Shown here: one piece after another, positions 1 to 10,843 of the stretch
Position numbering within the stretch: the stretch's first letter is position 1
How the letters are laid out: the number at the start of each line of letters is the position of its first letter
Assembly (NCBI GenBank): GCA_964199315.1
Contig: OZ116703.1
Span: forward strand, 5,766,001 to 5,830,000
Reading direction: 5' to 3'
Source of the DNA: Orbicella franksi
Lineage: Eukaryota
DNA length: 64,000 nt
The notes under the pieces: model-generated
The model's input: the letters and a program-made list of their open reading frames with translations, nothing else
The model's database searches: none
What the model was told of the DNA's origin: nothing
Translations under genes and position numbers: made by a program

Positions 1-670
1 ATTGGGACATAATCTACTGGCTCGGTTAGAAATTAAAAGTAAGATTACAAGTAGTAGCGCAGCATAATGCCTACATTAGTCAATTTAGAAATGGCTATAG
101 AAATAAAAGACGAAATACTGCTTATCCGTGACTTCTTTGTTGGCAACCGTTTGTTTTAAGATCATATTTGATGGCCTTTCCGTTGCGTGACAACGACATT
201 CTAGGGGGATTCCCGCATAGTATGAGTACTTACATTTAACACCTTCACTTTTCGGTAGACTGCGCGCGGACCGTTTATGCGAGAAACAAAGGAAAAAGTA
301 GATGTCTAAGAGCAGGCTACTGCTAGAGTGGGCTGAATTATGAAGTTTACTGTTAATCAATCTGTGGCAATCAGCAGTAAACAGTCTATCAACAATGGGG
401 CATGTACAAAGTGGAGCTTGCGAAAATTGGATCGTGTCTACTAAAGACATCCGAGGTCGAGTGTCGATCGATAACCCTCGATCGACTCTCCACAAAGAAA
501 TTGCTGCAAGACAGAGCAAGACTGGAATAATTATTATTGAAACGTGTAGCGATTAGACGGTTATATTACTCTTTTGTATGAAAAACCTTCCCAAACACTA
601 ATTTACTTTCACTCGAAGCAATAATATTTGTCCTTGTAGTTCTGTAACACGAAACACCTCTCTTAAATAG

Positions 671-3181
671 GACTGAGAGTCTCTGTGCTTCTAACAACCT
701 TTTTGGCAGTTCTCGGCAAGGGCCTTCAAGCTATACCACTTGATGACACTACAATGAGAACAATTTTTATTAACTTGGGCCAGTTCCTTTGCATGGCTAC
801 CGGGACTGTGGCCCTTGGTGCTCCACCCCTGGTATCTGCAACATGGTTCCCTCCAAGTGAACGTACAACTGCGACTGCCATTGGCACATTGGTTGGATAT
901 TGTGGAATTGCTTCGGCCTTTGCGGTGGGACCTGCCATGGTATCCGGTGTTATTGCGCAAACCAATGTCAGCAATGCGCCAATTTCTAATAACACTCAAG
1001 ACCTAGCAAAACTGATAGATCAACAATTAATATGGTACACATATTTTCAACTTGCTTTATGTACAGTTGTATTTTTGTGTGCACTCGTTCACTTTCCTGC
1101 AAGGCCACCACTTCCTCCCAGTCTGACCTCTTCAGTACCTTGTAGAGTGAGCACCAAAGCTTCACTGAAAAAGGTTATGAAAAACCGCCAGTTCTTGTGG
1201 TTGACAACAATAAGGGCTCTAACATTTGGTGTTTATTATGGCTGGGTGTCCATGCTGGATGTTTTCCTGGAGAAGTTTCATGTGGATGCTGTCACTGCTG
1301 GATGGCTCGGCTGTTCAGCCATGTTAGCTGGAGTGGCCTCTGGGATAATAGTAGGCAGGTAATATTGAATTAATCTTCACAACCGTTACTGATTAAGTTA
1401 ATCGTACCATTAGAGTAAATGACTGAAGGGTTGGAGTCAGACTGATAATGAGTTGTTCTCGTGCACAAGATACTTCACTCCCAAATTTATACTAAGATGG
1501 CCCTAGGTTCCTTACGCAAGGCATGGTACCCTTCATGCTGTCCCCTAATACGTGCGTTCCTCTGGAATGATCCGAATCACCACTTGGATCATGGATTATC
1601 AAAGAAAGCGAATGGCCTGGAGTAGATGGATTCACGGTTCTTTTGATTCACCATGGTCCAAGTGATCGGCATGGATCATTAATCCTGACCCAGATCATTC
1701 CCAGGGAATGCAGCCAAAATAGAATAGTCCCAAGGCCACTTGGATCATGGCGCATGCCAGATCAGTGTGGATTCATTGGTTCCTTGGACTTGATCCAAGC
1801 AATCTTGGATCAGTGATCCTGATCCAGATCATTCCTAAGGAATACAGCCAAATTGGAATAGTCCCAAGGCCACTTGGATCATGGCGCACCAACGGAACCA
1901 ATGAATGCCCGATCAGTGTGGATTCATTAGTTCCTTTGACCTGATCCAAGTGATCTTAGATCATTGATCCTGATCCACATTATTCCCGAGGAATGCAGCC
2001 AAAATGGAATAGTCTCAGAACCACTTGGATCAGACTGCGTCGACGGAACCAATGAATGGCCGATCAGTGTGCACTCATTGGTTCCTTTGACTTGATCCAA
2101 GCGATCTGGGATCGCTGATCTTGATCCAGATCATCCCAGAGGAATGCACCCTGAATCGAACGATGCAGCTCGAGTTCTGACCGGGTTCATCATCATGTTG
2201 TGTTGTAAATGTTACTGAAGTGAATACTGGGGTTCATCCTCTGATGTATCGGCATCCCCTTGCCAGGGAGAAGTAGCAATGCCAGGGATGATGGCCACTG
2301 GGCTTGAATGCACAATTGTCTACTTCTCCTAACCCAGGTGTACAAGTGGGCACTGGTAAATCATGAAAGGGAGACCCTAATTCAGGGGGCTTAAAAACGC
2401 AGTTGCTATAAGGTAAGAAAAAACAACAACAGCAACAGCAACAAACAGTGGGAAGTATGGTGGCCTAATGGTTTATGACCCGGACATTTTACTCAAAGGT
2501 CTATATGCAAGCCCTGGGTTTGACCATTTAACTTATGCTCTTTGGCGAGATGCCTAACCCTTGCAGTGCCTCTCTGCACCAAGCGGTAAAATGTTATTGC
2601 TCGGGGAAATGCTGAGGGACCTGCGATGGAGAAGCATTTGTTTGAAACTAAGAATTACTACTAGCTACTTCACGAGAGACGTATCCAGAAGCCATATCTA
2701 AATCTCCCCAATCTGATTCCAAGGATTGGTCTTGACACCTTTGACACCTGCTTTCATTTACAGGTGTGCTGACTACGTCAAACACAGAACTAAACAGTTT
2801 GTGGTGCTCCTCATGGTTCTCTCAACAATATCTCAACTGGTTTTCAGTTTATCCTGTGCAGGAATCTTGCCATCCACCAAACCACTTCTTTATAGCTCCA
2901 TCATCTTTGGTGGTTTTTTCTTCAATGGCACATTGCCTCTGTTGTTCGAACTTGCAATGGAATGCGTCTATCCTGTTGGCGGTGGTATCGTTGGTGGTAT
3001 TGTGATAGAGGCGATGAGTGTGGTGTTATTGCTCTTCGACATAGCTTTCATGCTGCTACATTCTGATATCAAGGGAATGAACTGGGTGTTAACGTCAGTT
3101 TACGGAGTTGGTGTTATAGGCATGTTAATTTTTCGAGAAAAGTACACACGCCTTGATTTAGATACTCAGATTGAAACATAG
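671..3181 (+). CDS. SLC49A4: SLC49A4/DIRC2-like MFS transporter (FLVCR family), copy 1; 5'-partial, first coding exon lies upstream of the window
   Basis: Exons 671-1358 (ttaaatag|GA CTG AGA ... GGC AG|gtaata) and 2764-3181 (tttacag|G TGT GCT ... TAG) splice in frame. Peptides GLRVSVLLTTFL, APPLVSATWFPPSERTTATAIG, PPLPPS and PLLFELAMECVYPV are characteristic of the SLC49 family. Orthology versus paralogy is not resolved. Confidence 0.8.
1552..2151. mobile_element. MITE-like element with terminal inverted repeats and internal tandem palindromic subunits (GATCCAAG / CTTGGATC)
   Basis: Left end GTGCGTTCCTCTGGAATGATC versus right end GATCATCCCAGAGGAATGCAC(CC). The internal unit aatag-tcccaaggccacttggatcatggcgca recurs about every 135-150 bp. 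No ORF. Confidence 0.75.
2450..2637 (+). mobile_element. Degenerate tRNA-derived SINE (family A)
   Basis: Head ggtggcctaatggtt (A-box-like), core cttgcagtgcctctctgcaccaag, tail ctgcgatggagaagcat. Same family as 7836-8023, 19387-19605 and 61907-62160. Confidence 0.6.
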
Positions 3182-3649
3182 ATTCAGAATTTGACGCTTA
3201 TTGATGACACTTATCTGACCCCATGAAGTACAACATAAGTTCTTGAAAAACTTATGATTAATCTGTATTTTTTGTCAATCATTATGGTGCTGTGAGAATC
3301 AAGCCTTACTATATTCATTGGTCTCTAATTAAGTAACAAAGAGGTGCTGGTTTACTGAATATTACTTGTGAACAATGGAAGTTTTAAAAGTACAAATTGT
3401 CTGTTAATCATAACTTAAGGAAAATATATTTTGTGTAGACAAACATGAGACAGAGAATATACATTGTTCCATTGTTAATTATTCAATCAATCAATTAATT
3501 AATCGATAGTTGAAAATAGAATTTAAAGAAAGTAATTTTACTGAAGCAAAATAAATTTTGTAAGTAATGTATCAAACACGAAAGACCGTGTTTGACCACA
3601 TTTCTAAACACCAAGAAGCGAGTCGAAGAGATCACGCGTAGCGGAGTAT

Positions 3650-3962
3650 AGAAATGTAAATGTAAAAATGTAAATCTTATTTATCGTGGTGATTCCCAAA
3701 GCTATACAGGCACTAAGCGTAACTGGTTTACAGGCCTGCCACTGAAACAAAGGAATCAAATATTTCAAATAAACGTAACATAGTTAAAAATCCCAACTGG
3801 CAGGAGGCAGACCAGTTGGCTATTTACAAAGCGTGACTGAGGATTTGAACTCGGGACTACCGGGAAACAAATCCCGCTAGTGCCAGGGTGGAGGCCTTGA
3901 TTCCCGGACCTCCGGATTACAACAACCGCGCGCTAAACCACTCGGCCACGCTGCCTCCTTCC
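3650..3962 (-). mobile_element. Full-length tRNA-derived SINE (family B) with 5-bp target-site duplication
   Basis: On - it reads GGAGGCAGCGTGGCCGAGTGGTTTAGCGC...; tail is (ATTTAC)n-like; flanked by AGTAT at 3645-3649 and 3963-3967. It is absent from the paralogous site in duplicate 2 and closely matches 25442-25750. Confidence 0.85.
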
Positions 3963-5039
3963 AGTATTTTTTGACGAACTTCGAGGTGTTTGGAAATGCC
4001 GTCTTTCGTGTTTGATATATCTTCTCAATCAAAACTTAAACTAAGGAGAAGAAGGAGGAGTAAAATCGTAAAAATCTATGTTAATTAAGATCAGATATCC
4101 AAACACCGTCACGGCCGCTCGTCTCGGCATGATTTCCTTTGTTCAAATTTGATGAATCATTAAGGAGTTTGAGAATATTGGTTAACTCTCTCGTCGGCCA
4201 ACAAAGCAACCCTGCTATCGCTGTTGACCTCTGTTTGTTGTACTGCATAAGGGAGGAAATTAAAAACCCTTTGGGAGAGAAATCTCTGCCAGTAACTTGT
4301 TTGTTCCAGGAGACACAGAGAAACACCCATTTACAAATCACTGTTCTTCTGGCGAAATTGGCCTTTCATGACTCAAATGTCCATGTTCCAGAAGTTGTCT
4401 GAATAAACAATGACGTAAGCGCAACCTTGTTTGCAATAAAATTATATTTTTATTTTTTCTGATATCTATAAGTTTGCAGGGTCAAATTTAATTTGTTATT
4501 AATTGAATTAATAATGCTAATGAGGATGTACAAGAACACTGATGTAGAAAGGGATTGTCTAGTAAAAATGCATGTAACAAATGTATAACAAGATAGATAA
4601 TCAACCTTCCTGAAGGAACCAATTGCAAGTGTGGTCATTAAACTCAAAATTTCTGATAGAAAGAAATCTTTTCCCTGCTTTTTTGACAACCCAAATTGAT
4701 CAGTCTGGCCCAGGCGACAGACCGTGGAAAGCAATGAAAAAAGGGTTTAAAACTTCGTTAATTTTAATCTCAAGCGTAACCGGAGTCGGCGTAAAATTTT
4801 TGCTGTGGAAAAAAACGATTGAGCTTTATATGACGGCTAATTTCTGGTCCTGTTTTTCTTTGGAAATTTCCATGTATAGGTTGAATAAAAAGATATTCGT
4901 GTCATTGATACCTCAGCCAATGAATGAGAGGCAAAACTGTTTATAACATTTGTTATCGCTAGAGTTCCGGGTTCTCTAGTTCCCGCGTAGAGCTGCCATA
5001 GGTCGGGAAACGTGGTTTAGCGGTACAATATAACATATA

Positions 5040-5600
5040 GGTTTAGCAACTCTATTGACCGGTCAGAGCGTGCGTAGTATCTCAGTAATTTTATGACGGA
5101 AAATACACCACTCGTAAAATTCATACGAAACCACATCCAGGAATCAAGTGGGGTATTTTCCATATCCTCACTAGTGAAGATACCGATGATTTCACTAATA
5201 TCAAGTTTGTCTCTTAAATTGTCCTTAAATTCGCTGGTGTATCATCGGAACATCTTCAGGTCTTCCTTGAAAGTCTTCGGCAATCTTCGTCAATCTTCGG
5301 TAATCTTTGGAAATTTTCAGAAAATGTTCGGCAACGTTCGTGTGACCTTTGGACAAGTTTTGAAGAATCTTCGTGAATCTTCGGAAAGTAGTCGGAAATC
5401 TTCGGAAAATCGTCAAAAACGCCGTCAGTATGTCTATATATAATAAAAAGAACATTACACGTTAACTCGAAAATATGAATTTTATGTTCTCGTGGCAAGA
5501 ACAATATCTCACTCGTTCCCTGTGCTCACTCATGAGATGTGTTTCTTGCCACTCGAACATAAAATCATATCTTCTCGCCACTGTGTAATATCCTCTATTT
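5040..5600. repeat. Non-autonomous interspersed repeat with internal (ATCTTCGG)-like low-complexity array
   Basis: Repeated tcttcg/atcttc words at 5245-5410; ends with ccactgtgtaatatcctctat. ORFs here are low-complexity artefacts. Boundaries approximate. Confidence 0.5.
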
Positions 5601-7119
5601 ACAGTTTTATATAAAATACCCGTGACCTGCATGAGCCATGTGGTGTAATATAAGCTCCCCTATAAAGACTATAAAGAAACGAAGCATTTTTAGAGATTTG
5701 AAGACATTTTAAGAAGCAAACAGGTATAATATTCTTCTTTTCCTCCAGGATCGCGCCAAAGTATTTTTATCCTGCATTCACGCCGAGAGCCTGTTCGCAG
5801 GCTAGCCATTAAACGGCAAAGGTTTGTATAGCTTTGACAGGGCTATTACGGACCGTCAATGCCACCGCAATTATACCTGTAGCTACAGACAATCACATGC
5901 ACTGGTATTGTCGCGGATTTATAAGAATGAAGGAATCAAGAGAAAACTCTAGACTTTTGGGAAGCCAGTCTGAATACCCTTCACCCAGCACATCACCAAC
6001 GGTAGTGTCAACTGGAGTAGAATGCAAGGTTTACAAGACAAGATGGTATGTCTTGTTCGTATTCACGGCAGAGATCTTTATTTACAATCTGACATGGAAC
6101 GCATGGAGCCCGATTCAAGAGCCTTGCAAAGTTGCTTTCGGATGGACAGATTTTGACCTTCTTTTACTGTCTTCATGGGCTGCAATCGCTCTTCTTGCCA
6201 CCTCGTTGCCATTGATTTGGCTGATGGATTCAAAAGGTTGGTATTAACATCATCAATCATGCTCAACTTTAAGTTGGTAATTAGAAGTCACATCGTGTTG
6301 CCATTTCCATTGCATTTCTATTGAGGGCTCACGGCCAACAAGTTAGCATGGGTGTCATTTCGGCGTTTAATCGGAGCGCTAGCTATTTGGGTATAACTTT
6401 TTATATAAGAAATATATTTGATAAGAATATCCCGAATGTGGAGGCTCAAATTTTTAACTCAACTGTGTACAGTTCTTCCTTTCTCTCAAAGGAAAAACTA
6501 GGCAAAAAATAACAAAAATAGCACAAGCTGTATGCTTGATGCTAACAGCATACCTGGAGAAGTTATGCGCATCCCATCAGGCTTTATTTATCAATCTGGC
6601 TCCAAAATTATTTCAACGCCATCAAGACACCAAACACTTGTAATTACTAGTCCAATACATTCTAAAACGTGCAAGGCCACCAGTTCCTCTCAGTCTGACC
6701 TCTTCAATAGTTCATAGAATGAGCACCAAAGCTTCACTGAAAAAGGTTATGAAAAACCGCCAGTTCTTGTGCTTGACAACAATAAGGGCTCTAACATTTG
6801 GTGTTTATTATGGCTGGGTGTCCATGCTGGATGTTTTCCTGAAGAAGTTCCATGTGGATGCTGTCACTGCTGGATGGCTCGGCTGTTCATCCATGTTAGC
6901 TGGAGTGGCCTCTGGGATAATAGTAGGCAGGTAATATTGAATTAATCTTTACATCCGTTACTAAGTTAATCGTACCATTAGAGTAAATGACTGAAGGGTT
7001 GGAGACAGACTGATAATGAGCTGTTCTCGTGTACAAGATACTTCACTCCCAAATTTATACTAAGATGGCCCTAGGTTCCCTACGCAAGGCATGGTACCCT
7101 TCACGCTGAATCCTAATAC

Positions 7120-7569
7120 GTGCGTTCCTCAGGGATGATCTGAATCACCACTTGGATCATGGCGCATCAGAGATACCAAATGGCCTAGAATGATGAATTC
7201 ACGGTTCTTTTGATTCACTATAGTCCAAGTGATCCTGGTTCATTGGACCTAGCCCAGATCATTCCAAGGGAATGCAACCAAACCGGAACAGTCCCAAGAC
7301 CACTTGGATCATGGTGCGTCAAAGTAACCGAATAGCCCGATTCAGTGGTTACTTTGATTCGATCCAAGCGATCTTGGATCATTGATCCTGATCCAGATCA
7401 TTCCTAGGGAATTCAGCCAAAATGGAATAGTCCGAAGACCACTTGGATCACGGTGCATCAACGATACCAACGAATGCCCGATCAGTGTGCACTCATTGGT
7501 TGCTTTGACTTGATCCAAGCGATCTTGAATAATTGATCGTGATTCGGATCATCCCAGAGGAATGCACCC
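7120..7569. mobile_element. Paralogous copy of the 1552-2151 MITE, about 150 bp shorter
   Basis: Same TIRs (GTGCGTTCCTCAGGGATGATC / GATCATCCCAGAGGAATGCACCC) at the same intronic position. Confidence 0.75.
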
Positions 7570-7835
7570 TTAATGGAACGATGCAGCTCGAGTTCTGACC
7601 GGGTTCATGATTATGCTGTGTTGTGAGTTACTGAACTGAATGCTGGGGTTTATCCTCTGGTGTATTGCCATCCCCTTGCCAGGGAGGAGTAGCAATGACA
7701 GGGATGAGTGCTAGTCTGATGTGCAAGTGGGCACTGGTACACTCATGAAAGGGAGACATTAATTCAGGGGGGGGGGGGGGGCTAAAAACGCAGTTGCTAT
7801 AAGGTGAGAAAAAAACAACAACAACAACAAACAGT

Positions 7836-8023
7836 GGGAAGCATGGTGGCCTAATGGTTAATGACTCGGACATTGTATCCAGAGGTCTACATGCAAGCCC
7901 TGGGTTTGGTCATTTAACTTGTGCTCTTGGGCGAGATGCCCATCCCTTGCAGTGTCTCTCTGCACCAAGCGGTACAATGTGATTGCTCGGGGAAATGCTG
8001 AGGGACCTGCGATGGAGAAGCAT
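7836..8023 (+). mobile_element. Degenerate SINE family A (duplicate of 2450-2637)
   Basis: Colinear with 2450-2637. Confidence 0.6.
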
Positions 8024-8596
8024 TTGTTTGAAACTAAGAATTACTACTAGCTACTTCGCCAGAGACGTACCCAGAAGCCATATATCTGAATCTCCCCATT
8101 CTGATTACAAGGATTAGTCTAGACACCTTTGACACCTGCTTTCATTTATAGGTGTGTTGACTACGTCAAACACAGAACTAAACAGTTTGTGGTGCTCCTC
8201 TTGGCTCTGTCAACAATCTCCCAACTGGTTTTCAGTTTATCCTGTGCAGGAATCTTGCCATCCACCAAACCACTACTTTACAGCTCCATCATCTTTGGTG
8301 GTTTTTTCTTCAATGGCACATTGCCTCTGTTGTTCGAACTTGCAATGGAATGCGTCTATCCTGTTGGCGGTGGTATCGTTGGTGGTATTGTGATAGAGGC
8401 GATGAGTGTGGTGTTATTGCTTTTCGACATAGCTTTCATGCTGCCAAATTCTGATATCAAGGGAATGAACTGGGTGTTAACGTCAGTTTACGGAGTTGGT
8501 GTTATAGGTGTGTTAATCTTTCGAGAAAAGTACACACGCCTTGATTTAGACACTCAGATGAAAACATAGATCCAAAGTCAAATGCTTATTGATAAT

Positions 8597-8690
8597 TAAG
8601 CAATAGAGCACTTTTTTCGTGTTTACATACTCATCTAAACACACCTATTGACCAATGAGAGCGCGCGTAGTAACTCGGTTATTTTATAAT
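8597..8690. mobile_element. Short insertion specific to copy 2, flanked by ATAAT direct repeats
   Basis: Absent from copy 1 (near 3200). ATAAT at 8592-8596 and 8686-8690. Confidence 0.55.
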
Positions 8691-9111
8691 TACTTTTCTG
8701 ACCCTATGAAATGCAACTTAAGTTCTTGGAAAACTTGTGATTGATCTTATTTTTTTGTCAATCATTATGGTGCTGTGAGAACCAAGCCTTACTGTATTCA
8801 TTGGTCTCTAAGTAACAAAGAAGCGCTGGTTTACTGAATATTACTAATGGACAATAGAAGTTTTAAAAGTACAAATTGTCTGTTAATCATAACTTATGGA
8901 AAATATTTTGTGTGTGTAGACAAACATGAGACAGAGAATATACATTGTTCCGTTAATTAATTATTCAATCAATCAATCATTCAATCAATCAATTAATCAA
9001 TTAGTTGAAAATAGAATTTGAAGAAAGTAATTTACCGAAGTAATGCATCAAACACGAAAGATCGTGTTTGACCACATTTCTAAACACCGAGAAGCGAGTA
9101 GAAGAGATGAC

Positions 9112-9331
9112 TCTCTATTAAATCACATTCTTTTCCCACTTTTCCTTTTTATTTTATTCATTTTTTCTAACTTTCTTTTTTTCTATAATAGTAATAAAAG
9201 TTATAATAATAATGAATCATTTGTAACTATTGATAGACTGGCTCGCCTAGACTAGCATAGCTATCCGCGGGCCAGTCCAGCTGTAAAATGTAGATTTTAT
9301 TAAGAAATAAAATGATGATGATGATGATGAC
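9112..9331 (+). mobile_element. 5'-truncated LINE 3' end with (ATG)n tail
   Basis: Ends aaataaa(atg)n; GATGAC direct repeats at 9106-9111 and 9326-9331; absent from copy 1. Confidence 0.65.
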
Positions 9332-9617
9332 GTGTAGCGGAGCATTTTTGGCGAGGTGATTGGAAATGCGGTCAAACACATCTCAACCAAAACTTAAACT
9401 AAGGAGAAGACGGAGGAGTAAAATGGTAAAAATCTATGCTAATTGAGATCAGATATCCAAACACCGTCACGGCTGCTCGTCACGGCATGATTTCCTTTGT
9501 TTAAATTTGATGAATTATTAAGGAGGTTGGGACTATTGGTTAACGCTCTCGTCGGCCAACAAAGCAACCCTACTATCGCTGTTGACTTCGGCATAAAAGG
9601 AGGAAACTGAAAACCCT

Positions 9618-9796
9618 ACATACATAGATACACGCATACATACTTTATTGAACCTCCCCAATGGGGCTTTTCAGGAACAATAATAATTATAAAGTAATTA
9701 TTTACATAGTTATTTGAATTATTTACAAGATTAAAAAGAAAAAAAAACAAAACAAAAACAAAAACAAAATAACTACTCATCACTATATCTTTCCCT
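9618..9796 (-). mobile_element. 5'-truncated LINE 3' end with AATAAA and (GTAT)n tail
   Basis: Minus strand ends ccccattggggaggttcaataaagtatgtatgc...; CCCT repeated at both junctions; absent from copy 1 (near 4270). Confidence 0.6.
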
Positions 9797-10702
9797 CGAG
9801 GGAGAGATCTCTGCAAGTAAGCTCTTTGTTCCAAGAAGTACAGAGAAACACCCATTTACAAATCACTGTTGTTCTGGAGAAACTGGCCTTTCATGGCTCA
9901 AATGTCCATGTTCCAGACGTTTTCTGAATAAACAACGATGTAAGCGCAACCTTGTTTGCAATGAAATTATAGTTTTATTTTTTGTTGTATTTAGAAGTTT
10001 GCAGGATCAAATTTAATTTGTTATTAATTGAATTAATAATGCTAATGAGGATGTACAAGAACACCGATGTAAAAAGAGATTGTCTAATAAAAATGCATGT
10101 AACAAATGTATAACAATATAGATAATCAACATTCCCGAAGGAACCAAGTGTGGCATTAAAGGGCTTCTTAATTAGCCTCTTAACAGGCGACTTCTTCTCT
10201 TCTTACCTATCTGCTCCAGGCCAAGTGGCACCGTGAAGTTCTCTTATTGAGGTCTGTTTACCAATGTCCTTTTTCAACACCCCTGGGTTAACGATCTCAG
10301 GAATTCGACTCAAAATAATTTAGCAGGTGTATAAATGAAGTATCCTCCCTGCTCACAGACAAATGTCTCTCTTGACAAGTGCACATTACACTAAATTCTT
10401 CCCCCACTATGAACCATCTGAGTTTTGCTCTTTAAAAGTTCCATTCCAGTTATGTAGCTCTGCAGAAATACATCAAGTATTCCAAGTTGTTGCATGGTTT
10501 TAAAAGTTCACACGTGAATTTCCAGAATATATCCATACCCACCCCAAGAAGGGTTATTGAAAATTCCAAGGGGTGGGGGTCACAAAGGAGAAAACGTTTA
10601 AAGGAAAGTATGAACTATAACTGGAATTTCCATTATGTGAGGCCTGGTTACAAATGCTAACTGTTTTTTTCCTGACATGTTTTCCTTCTTACGATGTTTT
10701 CT

Positions 10703-10832
10703 CCCCGGGGTGGGAACTCCCATTGAAAAGGACGGGGTTGCTTGTCAGGAATTCTGAAAAAAAAAAAAAAGAAAAGCCCCAAGAAACACCAAGATCCTGT
10801 TTTGTAGGCGTTGTTCCGTTAACCCCCGGGGG
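10703..10832. mobile_element. MITE-like element with CCCCGGGG ends, immediately 3' of the C2CD5 stop codon
   Basis: CCCCGGGG at 10703-10710 and CCCCCGGGGG at 10823-10832; 130 bp; no ORF. Confidence 0.5.
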
Positions 10833-10843
10833 TTCTCACTTCC

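Larger units (their letters stand above)
1098..4640 (+). repeat. Tandem segmental duplication, unit 1 (paired with about 6670-10160)
   Basis: Colinear near-identity: 1098 matches 6670, donor 1358 matches 6930, exon 2764-3181 matches 8152-8569, and homology ends near ggaacc...caagtgtgg (about 4615-4640 versus 10140-10160). Confidence 0.9.
5927..8569 (+). pseudogene. SLC49A4: SLC49A4-like copy 2: internally deleted paralogue (pseudogene or shortened in-frame CDS)
   Basis: Exon 1 5927-6236 (MKESREN...VYKTRWYVLFVF...WLMDSK G|gttggt) is intact. Homology to copy-1 exon 2 resumes only at 6670 (copy-1 1098), so copy-1 671-1097 and its acceptor are missing. Donor at 6930 and last exon 8152-8569 are intact with no stops. 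Confidence 0.65.

Noticed and set aside
85-519. 144-aa minus-strand ORF
   Set aside because: No motif, near-cognate start, lies antisense in the presumed intron 1 of transporter copy 1; chance ORF.
1552-2151. CRISPR-like periodic palindromic repeats (also the GCATAA arrays)
   Set aside because: Eukaryotic intron, no unique spacers, TIR-bounded, no cas genes.
5093-5504. Overlapping ORFs on both strands
   Set aside because: Products of the low-complexity ATCTTCGG array; similar text at 34880-35060.
7767-7781. G15 run (G5 in copy 1) and G-rich tract near 39617-39632 as G-quadruplexes
   Set aside because: Homopolymer slippage or sequencing artefact is equally likely; no supporting context.
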